A stretch of 64,000 nt of DNA from Phoronis australis (lineage: Eukaryota; Animalia; Phoronida): positions 1,000,360-1,064,359 of the forward strand of contig NMRA01000064.1 of NCBI GenBank assembly GCA_002633005.1, written 5' to 3'. Positions 50,079-62,234 of this stretch are shown one piece after another. Positions within the stretch are counted from its first letter, which is position 1. Every line of letters starts with the position of its first letter. The notes beneath the pieces are model-generated. The model was not told where the DNA came from. It was given only the letters and a program-made list of their open reading frames with translations, and did no database searches. The position numbers and the translations under genes were made by a program.

Positions 50079-51776
50079 ATGGAAAAGGCTCTAAAGACAC
50101 AATCTAATGACGAAGAAGCTCTGAAAATGGCGTCTGAGAGACCTTCGAATCCGAAACAGACTATCACATTGTCACATACACCGATCTCTGAAGTTCTTTC
50201 GATAGCTACAGCGTCACAAACTCTGGCCGATGAACAAAGTACGACAACGACGGCATTAACCTCTGGAACTAAAACACATGATAAAGTCGATGAAGAATTC
50301 TCGCACTCGAAGAAAACCGAGACGACCCTCTCGCCACCACCGCATAGTCAACAAAATATGCCAATCTCGCTACAAGCCAACCAAGCTTTGGATAGCAGTC
50401 AGTCAAAAAATTTCTCTTCTCGTAATTTTCAGTCGCTAACATCTCTGCCAAATAAACCTCTTGCGGTAACACCATCGCCGGAGAAAAAACTATTGGTGTC
50501 CCCCTCAACTGTAAACGCTAAATCAGCAGATAAAGCTCTATCAACTAAGGTGTGTATGTTTTCAGATTTTTTCGTATTCGCAATCGCTGATTTTTCTTTG
50601 AAATTTCATTTCTGTCACTCTGTTTGACGAATACTTTTTCTGAAAATATTAGATAGATATTAGTCGATTACTATGCCAGAATACAAACAATATCCTCTAT
50701 ATTCTAATGTATGCTCATATATACTTCAGACGGAAGAACCCAAGGACCGCGTCGACGATACATTTTCTGTCGCCCTTTGGGCATTTCACGTGTTCTTCGG
50801 TTGCCTCATTCTCATTCTATCTATCGCCGTATTCTCTGCCTACTCCACCAAGTACTGGCACGGTATGTGGTGTGGTCCCGTGTACATAACAACAGGCATC
50901 ATCTCTCTGATAGAATGGAGGAAAAAGAGGAAACCCTTTCTTGTGGCCTTTGGCGTCACGTCCGTCGTATGTCTGATTGTTGCACTAGTTCAGCTAATAC
51001 TGAGCAAGCAAGCCAACGTGGACGGCGAGATTAGCACGCTGGAGATAACCATTTTCATAGTGACCCTTCTAGAGTTGTCAACTGCTGTCTCAGGCACGTT
51101 TGCGAGTTTTTGCCTGTTACTTCAGCCCAAGAGAGCTGTACAAAAATCCAATCACCCTCTACCGACAGTACATATTAAGCGAATACAGCGCGTGCAATAC
51201 TGGAGTAAATTCAACTCTCCTCAATTGCTGCCTAGTTCACCTAGTGTTTATTACTCGCCATTTGAAAGAACTGTGCCAAGGAGCAGACGGACTAGATCAG
51301 CCGCTACGACCAGCGAAAGGCAGACATCAAGACAAGGTGTCTCTAGTAAGATTTCACACAAATCTGGTGCAATGTTTTACCAACTTTTCAAGTCAGCCCA
51401 AACGCCCACGAGCAGACTGTTGGTACCAACTTTAGAACCACCGGAGAAGAAAACTGCATCTGCAAAAGAACTAAAATCCGCTCTTACCGGTGGAAAATCC
51501 GTTTCACACACTTCTAGTCGTTTGCAGCCACCACGAGTATCCCCTTCGAGAGACGATTCTAAGACATCCACTTTGCCTGTCAGCGAGATTGGGGCTCCCA
51601 TTTCCCAGGCAACTTCAAGCAAAACCACTTCTGGTGCTAATACAACGCTTTCTGAGGCGACTACTGTTCCCAACCCTGAAGATGTCCCATCTCTATCTCC
51701 TCGCCATGTGACAATAACGATACCTGCAAACGAACCCTCTGAACAACAAGTTTCGCAGCATTTACAAGACTCTTAA
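50079..51776 (+). CDS. Second four-TM MS4A/CD20-like protein with Ser/Thr-rich termini; 2 exons, ~505 aa
   Basis: Exon 50079-50549 (AAG|GTGTGT) joins in phase 0 to exon 50730-51776 (TTCAG|ACG). Four TM segments. TKYWHGMWCGPV aligns with TRYYHGLWGGPY of the upstream paralog. Confidence 0.8.
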
Positions 51777-52803
51777 GTGTTAAAATTTTTTACTGCTTGC
51801 GACACTAAATTGTAGTGTAACATATATCTGATAGAGAGTTCGGGTTAGGGTTGCTTGTAACGAGAGAGGAATGGTTTAATTCATTTGCTTAAACTGAATA
51901 TGCGCGCATCTAAACTTGCTATGACACACTTTTTGATGTTGCATGGGCGGCGCACCAGGGGGCTGGGGGTGCTATAGCCCCCCACTTTTTTCAATGCTGC
52001 GCCGATCATGTGTTGTAAGTGCAATCACAGTATCCATATTAAAATTAAAATTTATAAACCATAAAAACTTTTCTCAAATAAGAGGAATAAAACTGCCACG
52101 TCGTCTACTTTTGGTTATAATTAGCAGAAACCGCTATCAGTAAAGTCCCGGTTTCAATGTCAACAGTAATTCGTCGGCCTCGAATTCGAGTGGTCGGAAC
52201 CCTATCGAGCGATCTTCGACTAACAAATTTGGGCCCAATTAAAGCCGACTCCAGTCGAATACTTTGAATTGAGGTAGATGACAAACGACAGAGCTGACTG
52301 GCTCTATGACGACCACGAATTGCACAAGGCAATTTACCGTAAAAGATCGTTAAATTTATGCAACTTTTACTTTTTTAGAAAGTTTAGCCATCCAGGAGAT
52401 GGTAGCTCAGTGGATGTGTCTTTCTCAGTTGAATTTTGAAACATGACCTTTGGTCTGAGGCCTCCGTCGCGTATCCGGGTTCTTTCTCTGAAAAGCCACA
52501 GTTATCAGGTACTAATGGATGACACCGATAATGGATACCCATGTTTGGTGCCGAAAAACAATTCTGATAGTATTTCATGAACTCAAATAAGAGGAATGAT
52601 TTGATTGGAAATATCCACTGCAAACAGGAATAGTTGAGAGTTTATGAAACACAATGAAGGCTTTTCTGCATTTTTGCCTAAAAGTACTTTAGGTATCAGA
52701 AAAAACGACAGCTTCAAATTTTTGTACCTGGGATATTCAAAGGGGGCAGATTATAATGATGTCATCGCATCGTATCTTTGACTCGCTGCCGCAGTTGTCT
52801 TAA

Positions 52804-53349
52804 AGGCGAAGGCAACCTTTTTTCATGTCACTTTTAACAAAAACAAGGTCAGTTGATTATCCCAGACATATTTTTCACTTAATTATAGCTTTTCGTAATT
52901 TAATTAATTTCTCGTCCTCTACTCCGGAAGTGACGTTTTGGGAGGCAAGAATTTCGTGCCAATTTCTTTTCATACAGTCAGACTGTGAGAGCTGTCAAGT
53001 CAGTCATTGATCAACCTCGGATGTGATAAGTTCGGTCATCGTTTGCTTTTGAGTACATCCTTCTACGCAGCAACAGCGTGGCATGTTGACTGACTCGTAA
53101 ACAAAGGCAAACGACGACCGAACTTATCACAACCGAGGTAGAACAATGACTGACTCGACTGCTCTCACAGTCAGACTGTATAAAAGAAATTGGCGCGAAA
53201 TTCTTGCCTCCCAAAACGTCACTTCCGGAGTAGACGACGAGTAATTAATTAAATTACGAAAAGCTGTAAATAAGTGAAAAATATGTCTGGGATAATCAAT
53301 GAACCATATTTTTGCTAAAAATGACATGAAAAAAAGATTGCCTTCGCCT
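52804..53349. mobile_element. Shorter (546 bp) near-palindromic copy of the same Kolobok-like family
   Basis: Same arms as 10546-11838. TTAA at 52800-52803 and 53350-53353. Centre retains MPRCCCVEGCTQ on the minus strand. Confidence 0.85.
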
Positions 53350-53872
53350 TTAAGTCTTTAAAGAGATCTGGAACACAATAAACAGACTAAATAGCCACTG
53401 AAACAAAATTCAACGCGCTCACAAGTTATTTTTAGGGTTTGTTTAAAGATTTTTAACTTCTGTTGATATCAAAGCATTTTCTTTTAGTTTGAAATTTCAA
53501 AAAAGCGAATTGTACAGCACTCCTTGCTTCAAACAACTGACTCTGGGCGCATGCGCGCATTTATCATAAGTGGAGGGAGGTTAGAAACTCTGTGGTAACC
53601 AGCACAGAGTTTTTCCTTCACACATATTTCAAAAATAGAGATTTTTAAACTTTTTTTCTGGAAAGTGAATTACTCTGTACCAGACGTTGTGAGACTGTAC
53701 TTTGTTTAGGAATTTTTTAAGAGATACAACTTTTAAGTTCGTGCAATGGTTTTGAACGAATAAGAAACACGCAAACCCTCTCTCTCAACTACTGGAAAAA
53801 TGACTCTTAAGGCCTTGCTTACGCTACTTTCATTTCATGGAATATTCCCCATGGGCTTTTGTGTGAAGAGAT

Positions 53873-54990
53873 TTAAAGGTGCAGTACAAATCTAAACACC
53901 TCAACAAAAGTTTGGAAATTTAAGTGTTCACTCGCCCGTGTTTTTGTTATTTTTGGATCAATTAACTCGTATTGCATACCAGTAAAAGCCCAGCCATTCC
54001 TCTTTCCACCGATATCACATTCCGTCAGTGGTTACTAACTTTGCTGCCAAAGGGGGCTTGGTCTCAAAATGAATGTTGCAAAATATCAGTGGGAGCTAAA
54101 TGTCTATTCAAGTTTGAGCATTCAGGTTTTTCAATTGCAATTTACAATGCTAGGGCCCGTTTCAACAAAACTGACTTAGCTAAGACAAATCTTTAATTTT
54201 AAAATAAAAGTTAGTTTTGTCTCCAAACCATTTCAAGAAAAAGATCTTAAGCTTGACTTAAGTGTTTGACATAAACTTTGTCCTAATTTTGCCTAACTTA
54301 CCGGATGTGGAAGTTTCAAAGTTTGGAAGTTGACTTAAGTAAAAATGAACTTAAGTCTGTTTCTTGGCACATGCCCGTTTCCATGGTAATAAAAACTATG
54401 AAAATTTCACAACACTTAAACATTTTATTTGTTGAACAACTGGCTAATAGACAGTAGTGACAGTCTGACTGATAGACAACATCGACAGCCTTCTCAGTAT
54501 CGGATTGACAAACCATTCGTAGTCACTACAGCAACAGGCCTTCTTGGTTCACGCTTGGCAACGCGTTGTGGTGTCACGGCCACTCTTGAGTCAGTAAGCG
54601 CCTTAAATCAACCACAGTGGTTGTGCTGGTCACTCACGCACGTGCAGCCCGTCCCAGTTGGTTGGAATTAGGTCCCATACGTTGAAGCGTAGGGATTGCC
54701 ACTGCAGGATGTCGTCTCGGGGCATTTTACCCCTTTTACGTTGTCATCAATGGTGCCGACACTGCTTGGCAAAACAAGGAAAATTGCCACATTCACCTTG
54801 AGACTAATCCCTCTTTCATTGGCAGCAAAGTTACTGAGCATATCAAAAATTTATTGGCAAGTGTGGTATTGTTGGAACTGAGCTTTCCATTGGTATGGAA
54901 CACTGATGCTTTAAATAAACCAAAAGTAATGAAAACACGGAAGAGTGAACAAACTTTTCCAAACTTTTGTTGAGGTTGTTAGATAATCAT
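53873..54990. mobile_element. Degenerate TIR element with a nested GACTTAAG-rich MITE (~54150-54377)
   Basis: CCTCAACAAAAGTTTGGAAA (~53899) is inverted at ~54956-54977. Left end starts TTAA-AGG. Right terminus unclear. Confidence 0.45.
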
Positions 54991-55273
54991 CCGTCAACAA
55001 GCGGAGGAATTTAAAACAATTATTTAATAAAAACTTAACTATCAGCGCTAATATCGGTTTCTGATAAGCCGGCGATAACGCTGAGCTTGCTATCAGCAGC
55101 GCCTACCCGAAAGGCATTCAAATCGTGTTTGTATCTAGGGCAGCGTCTACGATGCGTGTCAGTTAGTAGGCCTACATCTGTAGTGTAGTCGTTGAATACA
55201 ATGCTTAATTTTTTCGGGGTCACAAGTGAAGTTCTCCTGGTGTTTGTGACGCATTGAAGTATGTAAATGCAGC

Positions 55274-58200
55274 ATGGCGTGTTGCAAACAGCTTTGTGGA
55301 GTTTACTTCCTGGTACTGTTTTCTGGCGCTTTGTGTTCCAACAAACTTTTGTTTATCCTCGTCGATGGCGTTCGATGGGACTACCTCAACCCAAAGGGCT
55401 TGCAAGGCTTTGATCGCATGCAAGAACATGGAGTTCGCGCCGAATTCCTTCAACCCGTTTGGCCGAGTTCGTCGTATCCCAACTACGTGGCACTGTTAAC
55501 TGGTAGGTATTGGTGCCACGTGCGTGGCAAGGGAAACTGCTTGCAAATTGCTAATGTTGTAATGTCGAGTCGATACGATCTTAGCCTGCTGAGTGATATA
55601 ATCTTGTAGCAGAGTGTGCATATACCGTGGATTACTCATTGACTGATGAATGTGGCCTATTTGGCTCTCATTCCGAAACCTTTACCCCAAAAGTGACACT
55701 GTCACCATAGGCGGATTTAGGGGGCGGCCCAGTTGGCCCCCCCCCTGGCTGCTGCAAAAACATAAAACAGCAAGAGCGTAGGGAAATGTTGAGTTTATTA
55801 ATCAATCCCGGTAATGATTATTATACGGCGAAAACAAGATTTAAATGTGTGCTGTTCGTAACGAAACTATGGCTAAGTATTAGGCTCTCCCGCGATATCC
55901 CAGACGGCCGGCAGTGGCGCTGCGCTCTACGACTCCGTTTCCGTCGGCTGCTTTCCTGTGCAATGAAGAAAATTACTTCATTTTTTTAAAGAGAATGGAA
56001 TCTGAGAGACGATGAAAAAACAGAAGCTGCTGGGAAGATGTGAATTTTAATCGAAGCCTTAGTGAATCACTCAGAAACTCATAATTCTCTCTTTGTCAAA
56101 CCTTAATTTAAGACGATTTCCAAAGCAATCGCGTCATTAATGCCAACACAAAAAACGGATTTGGTCTTTTGGGCAACTGAAGACTATTTTAAATACAACA
56201 AATTTGTTACGAACTGATTGCACAAAATATAAAAAGTGTAATAAGCATTACAAAAAGAAGTAGGTTTCGCGCGCAAACGCTGTGGACCATAAACAAGTTG
56301 GTCTCTTATTATTATGAGTGAAATCGTGGTGGTGCAGTGGTAAAGCACGCGCGCTCTATCAGCCAGGTCGTGAGTTCGACTCTGTGATAACTGCAGTTTT
56401 TCATGTTTGACACGTTCTCCGTTTTTTTCTTTTTCTTTGCCTTTTTTCTTGGATAATACTTCAGGCCAACGCTTCTCACGACCTCCCCCCATTCGGTGCT
56501 ATGCGCATCTAATCAAGCTTTGCACAAATGATTTCAAACAAAATGTTGGGCCCCCTCCTTGTGATATCGTAGATCCGCCACTGGTCACTGAGACAAGACA
56601 TAGGCCTACCCTCTACTGCCTGTCTTGTAGGGTGTCTGGAAAATTTTGTTGGTCAGCACATGCCTTATAAGCTGTTGTCTCAAGAGCATTTCTTGGTAGT
56701 TTAGAACTTTTTATCAACAGTTGCAACCTCTGTAATTCACATTTACGGTATGAGAGTGGTGACGGGGTTGATCCTAAAACATCACTCACCTCTGATCCTA
56801 GTGGGCCCTAATGCCGTTTAACGAAGCTTACATGTGCAGCTAGGTAGTAACGTTGTTTTTATACATGTACTGAAACGTTGCAAACTTACAGTCAACAGAG
56901 TGTGCTTCAGAAACCAGGGGCGGATCCAGGATTTTGAGTTGGGGGGAGGGCAGAGCACAGGTATAACCAGAATTTTGCCATAGGCACGCGCCCAGCCTAA
57001 ATTGTAGGCATGCAGGGGTCTTGAATTTTAGGTTCGCGGACCTTATTAGTAAAAAGAACAAAAAAAACATAAACGGGGTTTGTTCAAGACCCATGCATTG
57101 TGCATTCGCCCCCTGAGGCCCCTGGGTGCGCGCATATACTAGTCAGCAATTCGCACCCCAAACTGCCAAATGGTATCTGGGAGAATTTTGGCGTGGGGGG
57201 CATGCCCCCCCCTAAATCCGACAATGGACACAGATGAGCCCTAAAGCAATAATATCATTTGTGTTTTATTTTTCAGGACGATACCCCGAGAATAACGGAG
57301 TCATTAGTAACTTCATGTACGATTCAAGGAGGAAGAAAATGTTCTTATTAGAAACACAAAAGTCGGACCAAGACGGATTCTGGTACGAGAGAGCGGATTT
57401 ACTTTGGGTGACTGCAGCCAAGCAGGTTAGGAAAACAAAATATTCAAGTTACACATGCGTTTAAAATCAGGGGGATAATCGAACCCTTGCCACGGTGTGC
57501 AGAAATAACACTTATAACTGAGCGAGTTCTGCTTACCACGAGAACAAAATTGCTACTCTCCGTAACTCTTACCAAGTCAACCCTGTCATATTGCATGATA
57601 GAATGCGTGCGCGTGTAGTTATAGTTCAACTTGCCTTCCGACGCCGCGGGGTTCTGCGAGCGTTGTAAGAGTTCCTGTGGTAGCGCGGCATTATGGAAGT
57701 GGCTCGGAATCTGTGGGTCTCGTGACCAGGTTCCATTCCGAATACAGCCGATATTATAAAGGTGGTCAAAACCAGGTTTAAGACGTTGACCTGGTCTTCC
57801 TAAACCTTGTCTAATTTTAGACCTAACTTGGATTTCACCAACATGGTAAATAAGTCTAAGAGCCTAGTTTTGTTAGACCATGAAGCGGGTTTAAGTCACC
57901 CTACTGTGTTGATCCGGATTAACTCAACAAAGAAACTATTGAAGTGTTTCAATGAAACCTTGATCACGTGGATACACAATGGTACACAGCAGCATAATAA
58001 GTGCTGACATTTGCGAAAAAGGGCTAAAAGCTTTTCTCACGAGGAAAAATGCTCCCTCCCAGAGAAAAAGCCAATGTGATAGTCGAGAACAAGAAAATTG
58101 GTGCCAAATCAAGTCAACGTAAGCAGCAGGCTTGGAGAGATATTGATCCAGAATAAAGGCTAAAAAGAAAATTTCATCAGTGAAAAAATTGCAAAGAAAA

Positions 58201-59575
58201 ACGGCGAGTGACCCAGTGGCAGATTTAGGATATCATGAGGAGATATTTTTCATCTCGTATCGTCTGTGTCCACCATAAGTATTAAAGTACTTGTTCACGA
58301 TTAACCGCACCTTAGTTAATGCACACTGTTATTTCCGTGTCATTTTACTTTTTTTGTGGCCAAAGGAGGGGCACAGATGCGGATCAAGGATTTTGAGTTA
58401 GGGGTGCCAGGGTTAGCCAGGATTTTACCCTTCAGATATTTGCACCCCCGAACTGCAAAATGGAATCTGTGAGAATTTTAGGGGTCTATAGCCCCTTTGG
58501 CCCCCCTCTAAATCCGCTACTGAGGCAGAACCCCTGCCCGGCAACCTTATAGTATCGGGGACCAATTGAGATGGAACTCAGCCAGAGTAATCATTAGATG
58601 CCTTTTTAGTCATACGCGTAGCGCTTGCGACGATGACGCTCTGCTCGAACCGTCAAATTCTGAGAAAATACGAAGGACACCCTTCAGTGCGAACTGGTCT
58701 ACGTATAGGCGGATCCAGGGGTTCAAGGAGTCCGGACCCCCTTTTCCCGTGATTTTAGTGATATTAAATCTATAATTTTCAAATTGTTGACCAAGGTCCT
58801 CCTTTTAAAAATCCTTGATCCGACCTCCCCTTTAAAAATTCTTGGTCCCCCTGTTACGTTTGATCTTGTGTCGTCCTAAAACTGAATATTGAAATAGTCC
58901 GTCCTTGCTCTAAAACTGCGTCACAAATGCACACCTCAGCATCATTCAGTTGGTCCTAATCGTACAACTCTGACATATTCAATAGTATTAAACCTGGGTC
59001 TCATCAAGTCTAAAGTTAAACCTGATTTAAGATCTTAATACAGGTCTAAGTAATACCTCGTTGGTGAAATGAAAACTGACTTAGACCAGGTCTAAACTGG
59101 AGTTAAAATTTAAAGCACTTAACCTTTATGAAGTGCAGATTATCTTTAAACTTGGTCTAAGTCCAGTTTAAACCAGGTTTGACTTTAACCACCTTTATGA
59201 AATCGAGTGTGTCTTGTGTCTTGGTGTTAGGGCTCAGCCCTGAAATTGTTCCGTTCCATTCGACCCTTGAATCGGTCCCATATTCACATTGGTTGACTAA
59301 TATTTAAGGTTGCGTTCAAATAGTGCACGGCCGGAAATATGAATTTTAGTCACTGTAACAGAATGGTAGATCAAACTGTAATCTTTTTGATTTTTTACAG
59401 AATAAAGCCAGCTACTGGTACACGTTCCCAATGTGTGCAGCAGACTTCGGGGAATATTCGCCGAAATGTGACCCACCTGGCGGTTATAATGCCTCTTTGA
59501 GTAATTCCATTGAGATTTTCAAAGTGCACCTGTCAAAAGCTTTGGATAAACTCAATGGTGATGTAGATTTGGCAG
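55274..59575 (+). CDS. ENPP6: ENPP6-like ectonucleotide pyrophosphatase/phosphodiesterase, first three exons (3' part not found in window)
   Basis: Exon 55274-55502: signal peptide, KLLFILVDGVRWDY, WPSSSYPNYVALLTG. Exon 57277-57425: RYPENNGVISNFMYD...LWVTAAKQ. Exon 59401-59575. GT-AG introns with matching phases. Ser at the nucleophile position (SYPNY) is as in ENPP6, not the Thr of TFPNH in other ENPPs. Confidence 0.88.
56326..56396 (+). mobile_element. tRNA-derived SINE-like head (Pol III A and B boxes)
   Basis: TGGTGCAGTGG (A box) ... GTTCGACTC (B box) with tRNA-like spacing but no intact cloverleaf. Confidence 0.5.
57745..59210. mobile_element. Decayed PIF/Harbinger-like element with Myb/SANT-like accessory-gene remnant and nested small insertions
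   Basis: Imperfect TIRs (ATAAAGGTGG..AAACCAGGTTTAA / TTAAACCAGGTTT..CCACCTTTAT). Region 58011-58215 (+, frameshifted) reads KRAKSFSHEEK...IVENKKIGAKSSQRKQQAWRDI...KAKKKISSVKKLQRKT, a Myb/SANT-like pattern. Confidence 0.6.
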
Positions 59576-59830
59576 GTACGTCTCTTAAATTATTTTTTTT
59601 ATCAGAAATAGTCACAAAATACAATTGCATTGGACATCTGTGTACTTTAGTGGCAGACCTTCTTTTGTACGTGTTCCATGTACTGGGTGTTTTTAGCCTT
59701 TAGTAGTGTTCAACAAACGTTCGTATCTTCTATGAACATGTCTCATCGGGTGATAGTTGAGTTGATAACCGAGTGTGAGTGGCATCACGAACACACAACT
59801 AAATATAAAATAAAATTCAAAATAAAACGA

Positions 59831-61070
59831 GACGATCGCCGCACAAATAAAAAGCTCATGTTAAACCAACGTTTCGCCTATTCATTAGACATCATCAGGA
59901 TCATATTTACAACAATTTAGGACAACAAGTGCCAACATGCAGCTCAGGTAACATCCATAAAGTGAAGCGAGTGATACAGGGAATATAGTCGGTAGCTGGT
60001 CATCACCATAGTTGCAGGGTCACTGAGCTCTGCATGTTATTCAGAGAATCAGTGGCATTCTGATTTTGAATGGCCAATGACTCTTTAATGTGCAGTAACT
60101 CCCTATCAGATTCTCTGCAGATAATGCTAACTGAATTTGCTTGGTGATTGTTGCTAACGCAATGCCTATATATGTTGCGAGTGAGGTGTGATGTCCTTTC
60201 AACCTGTCACAGAGGCGTCTCTGTGTAAGTCCGATATAGAACTCCTTACAGTTGTCATATTCAACCTTATAAACAACATTGCTCTTGTTCAATAAAATGA
60301 TGGATGACTTCAGTTTACACAGCATATTGGAAAGTTTCCGAAGAGGTTGGAAAACAACTATCTCTGAATAACCATGCTATGAACATTCCCACTAAATAAA
60401 ATTGGTTCTAACCCCGGTGTTTAAGGTATACGGCGGGGTATGGAAAATTGAACTAGACCGTATTTATCCACCTTGGCTGAGACGCGCTCGGCTCATGCTC
60501 AAAGGGATGCCGCCAAGCTGCTCTATTCATCGAGTCACGAGCGAGGATAATTGACTTCGCTCATGCGGANNGTGAAATGAATTTTTCTAAGCGTTTGTTT
60601 GAGCCAATACAGTATACAGCTTTCCACCAAGGCTAGGTGATGCAAGACATTATTACTTGTTCTTTGTTGCATTATAGTAACTGGTCTTGGCTAATTATCA
60701 TTTTATGGCCTGGTCATCCATTCAGCCCAAAGTAGTTCCAGAGGTGGCTTATCAGCCAATTATTCACGCATGCTGACTCACAATAGAAGCCTGATAAGAG
60801 TGAAGGTGGATAAATGTGGTGTTCCTACAGTTTCTTGTTTTAGTGGATGTGTTCACGACATGACATGCAGAGCTCAGTGACCCTGCAACTATGATGATGA
60901 CCAGCTACTGACTATATTCCCTGTATCTCTCACTTCACTTTATGGATGTTACCTGAGCTGTATGTTGGCACTTGTTGTCCTAAATTGTTGTAAATATGAT
61001 CCTGATGATGTCTAATGAATAGACAAAACGTTGATTTAACGTGAATTTTTATATTTGTGCGGCGATCGTC
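59831..61070 (-). mobile_element. Penelope-like retroelement remnant: GIY-YIG endonuclease fragment between inverted ~208-bp pseudo-LTRs with hammerhead motifs
   Basis: 60041-60325 minus encodes KSNVVYKVEYDNCKEFYIGLTQRRLCDRLKGH. Arms 59831-~60038 and ~60861-61070 are reverse complements. Each arm carries CTGATGA-stem-(G/A)AAACGTT. Confidence 0.85.
59864..59902 (-). ncRNA. Minimal type I hammerhead ribozyme-like motif (Penelope pLTR)
   Basis: Minus strand reads GAUC CUGAUGA U GUCUA-AUGAA-UAGGC GAAACGUU GGUU: intact core, 5-bp stem II, palindromic (dimer-type) stem III, weak stem I. The partner copy at 60998-61036 (+) has GAAA mutated to AAAA. Confidence 0.6.
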
Positions 61071-62234
61071 CAGTTTTTAATCTTACTGTGGCCAAAAACT
61101 GATTTAATTAAAAATAAAAACAACGTACAAAACATCTCATAGTAAAACAGTTGCTGTACTTCGACTGGTCTTTAGTGATTCAGGCAAATTAATATAAAAT
61201 TATAAACTCTATCGTGTATGATACATGAAACAAAACAATCATGACTTCAAACACGAATATAAGGTCCACCAGAAGTCCGATTTAGCCGTAATATGTTTTG
61301 AGGTTATCCATGACTCTATGAAAGAAAAACTTATTGATCCTACTATAGAGACTGAACTGAAGGCTGATTTAACAAGATTAGCGTCAACACTGTGTCGTCC
61401 AGACCATCTTGGTTTGAGGAAGTTTAAAGAGGCACGGAACGCCAAAGCTCGTCAAAAACACCTTTTAAACAATCCCTGACGAAAGTTACATATCGCAACA
61501 TCTAGAACAGAATGATTCACTTTCCTCCCCTGTGAGGAAAAGTTCCAGAAAAAATCACAAAACTCGCGATTTTTCAAATATGTGCGAAGAAAAAACAACT
61601 CTGGTTACCACAGAGTTTCTAATCTCTCTCCCACTTTTGATAAATGCGCGCATGCGCTCCCAGTCAGTTGCTTAAAGTCACTTGAGGTCAAAGGTCACAT
61701 TTCCATATAAGGGAAATATGCTTCTTCTATGTCTTGCAGTCAGTCCAGGAATTTGCAGTATATTTAAACTCGAGACATCCTTACTTGAAATTCAGTATAA
61801 AATTAGAGGTTGAAAACATATCGCCAATTTTCCACATGTATGTGTTAGGTGAACGTGAGGGTAGCAGCATTTCATAAAGACAAACACACAGGACTGTACA
61901 CTTGCTTTCATGATAGCTGCGCATTCATTGTTTATAAAGCGGGTCTCAATAGGCAGGCTATGTTGCATTAACAACACTGTCTTGGGCTAGATCTAGTGTA
62001 AAAGAACTTTCATCAAATTTGCAGCTACCCAATAGAGTCTTGAAAGCAAGACTGTAACGTAACCCTGATGCTATATTCGTCTTGTAGACAATACTGACTG
62101 CAAGTACTTTAAAACACCCTATGTTGGTTTTTACGCCATAATTACTAAACAAAAGCTAAAACATTGATGAATTGTTGCTCTGTTAACTTAAGAGTTGTTA
62201 CTGTCGAATTTATTTAGCAAAGGACAGAATTCCT

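Noticed and set aside
46302-51776. Idea that the tetraspan genes are MOSMO-like partners of neighbouring MGRN1
   Set aside because: They look CD20/MS4A-like rather than claudin/MOSMO-like. Adjacency alone is not evidence in an animal genome.
55643-55682. CTGATGA...GAAAC hammerhead-like string
   Set aside because: Stem II pairing is out of register with the core, and stems I and III are not convincing. Probably chance.
56326-56396. Possible tRNA gene
   Set aside because: A/B boxes are present but no acceptor or anticodon stems. Treated as a SINE-like head.
53430-61680. Inverted pair of similar segments (~53535-53700 and ~61480-61670) flanking the ENPP 5' exons, suggestive of gene capture
   Set aside because: Diverged copies of a dispersed repeat (a related piece occurs near 48440) with no shared TSD or matching termini. 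No evidence they form one element.
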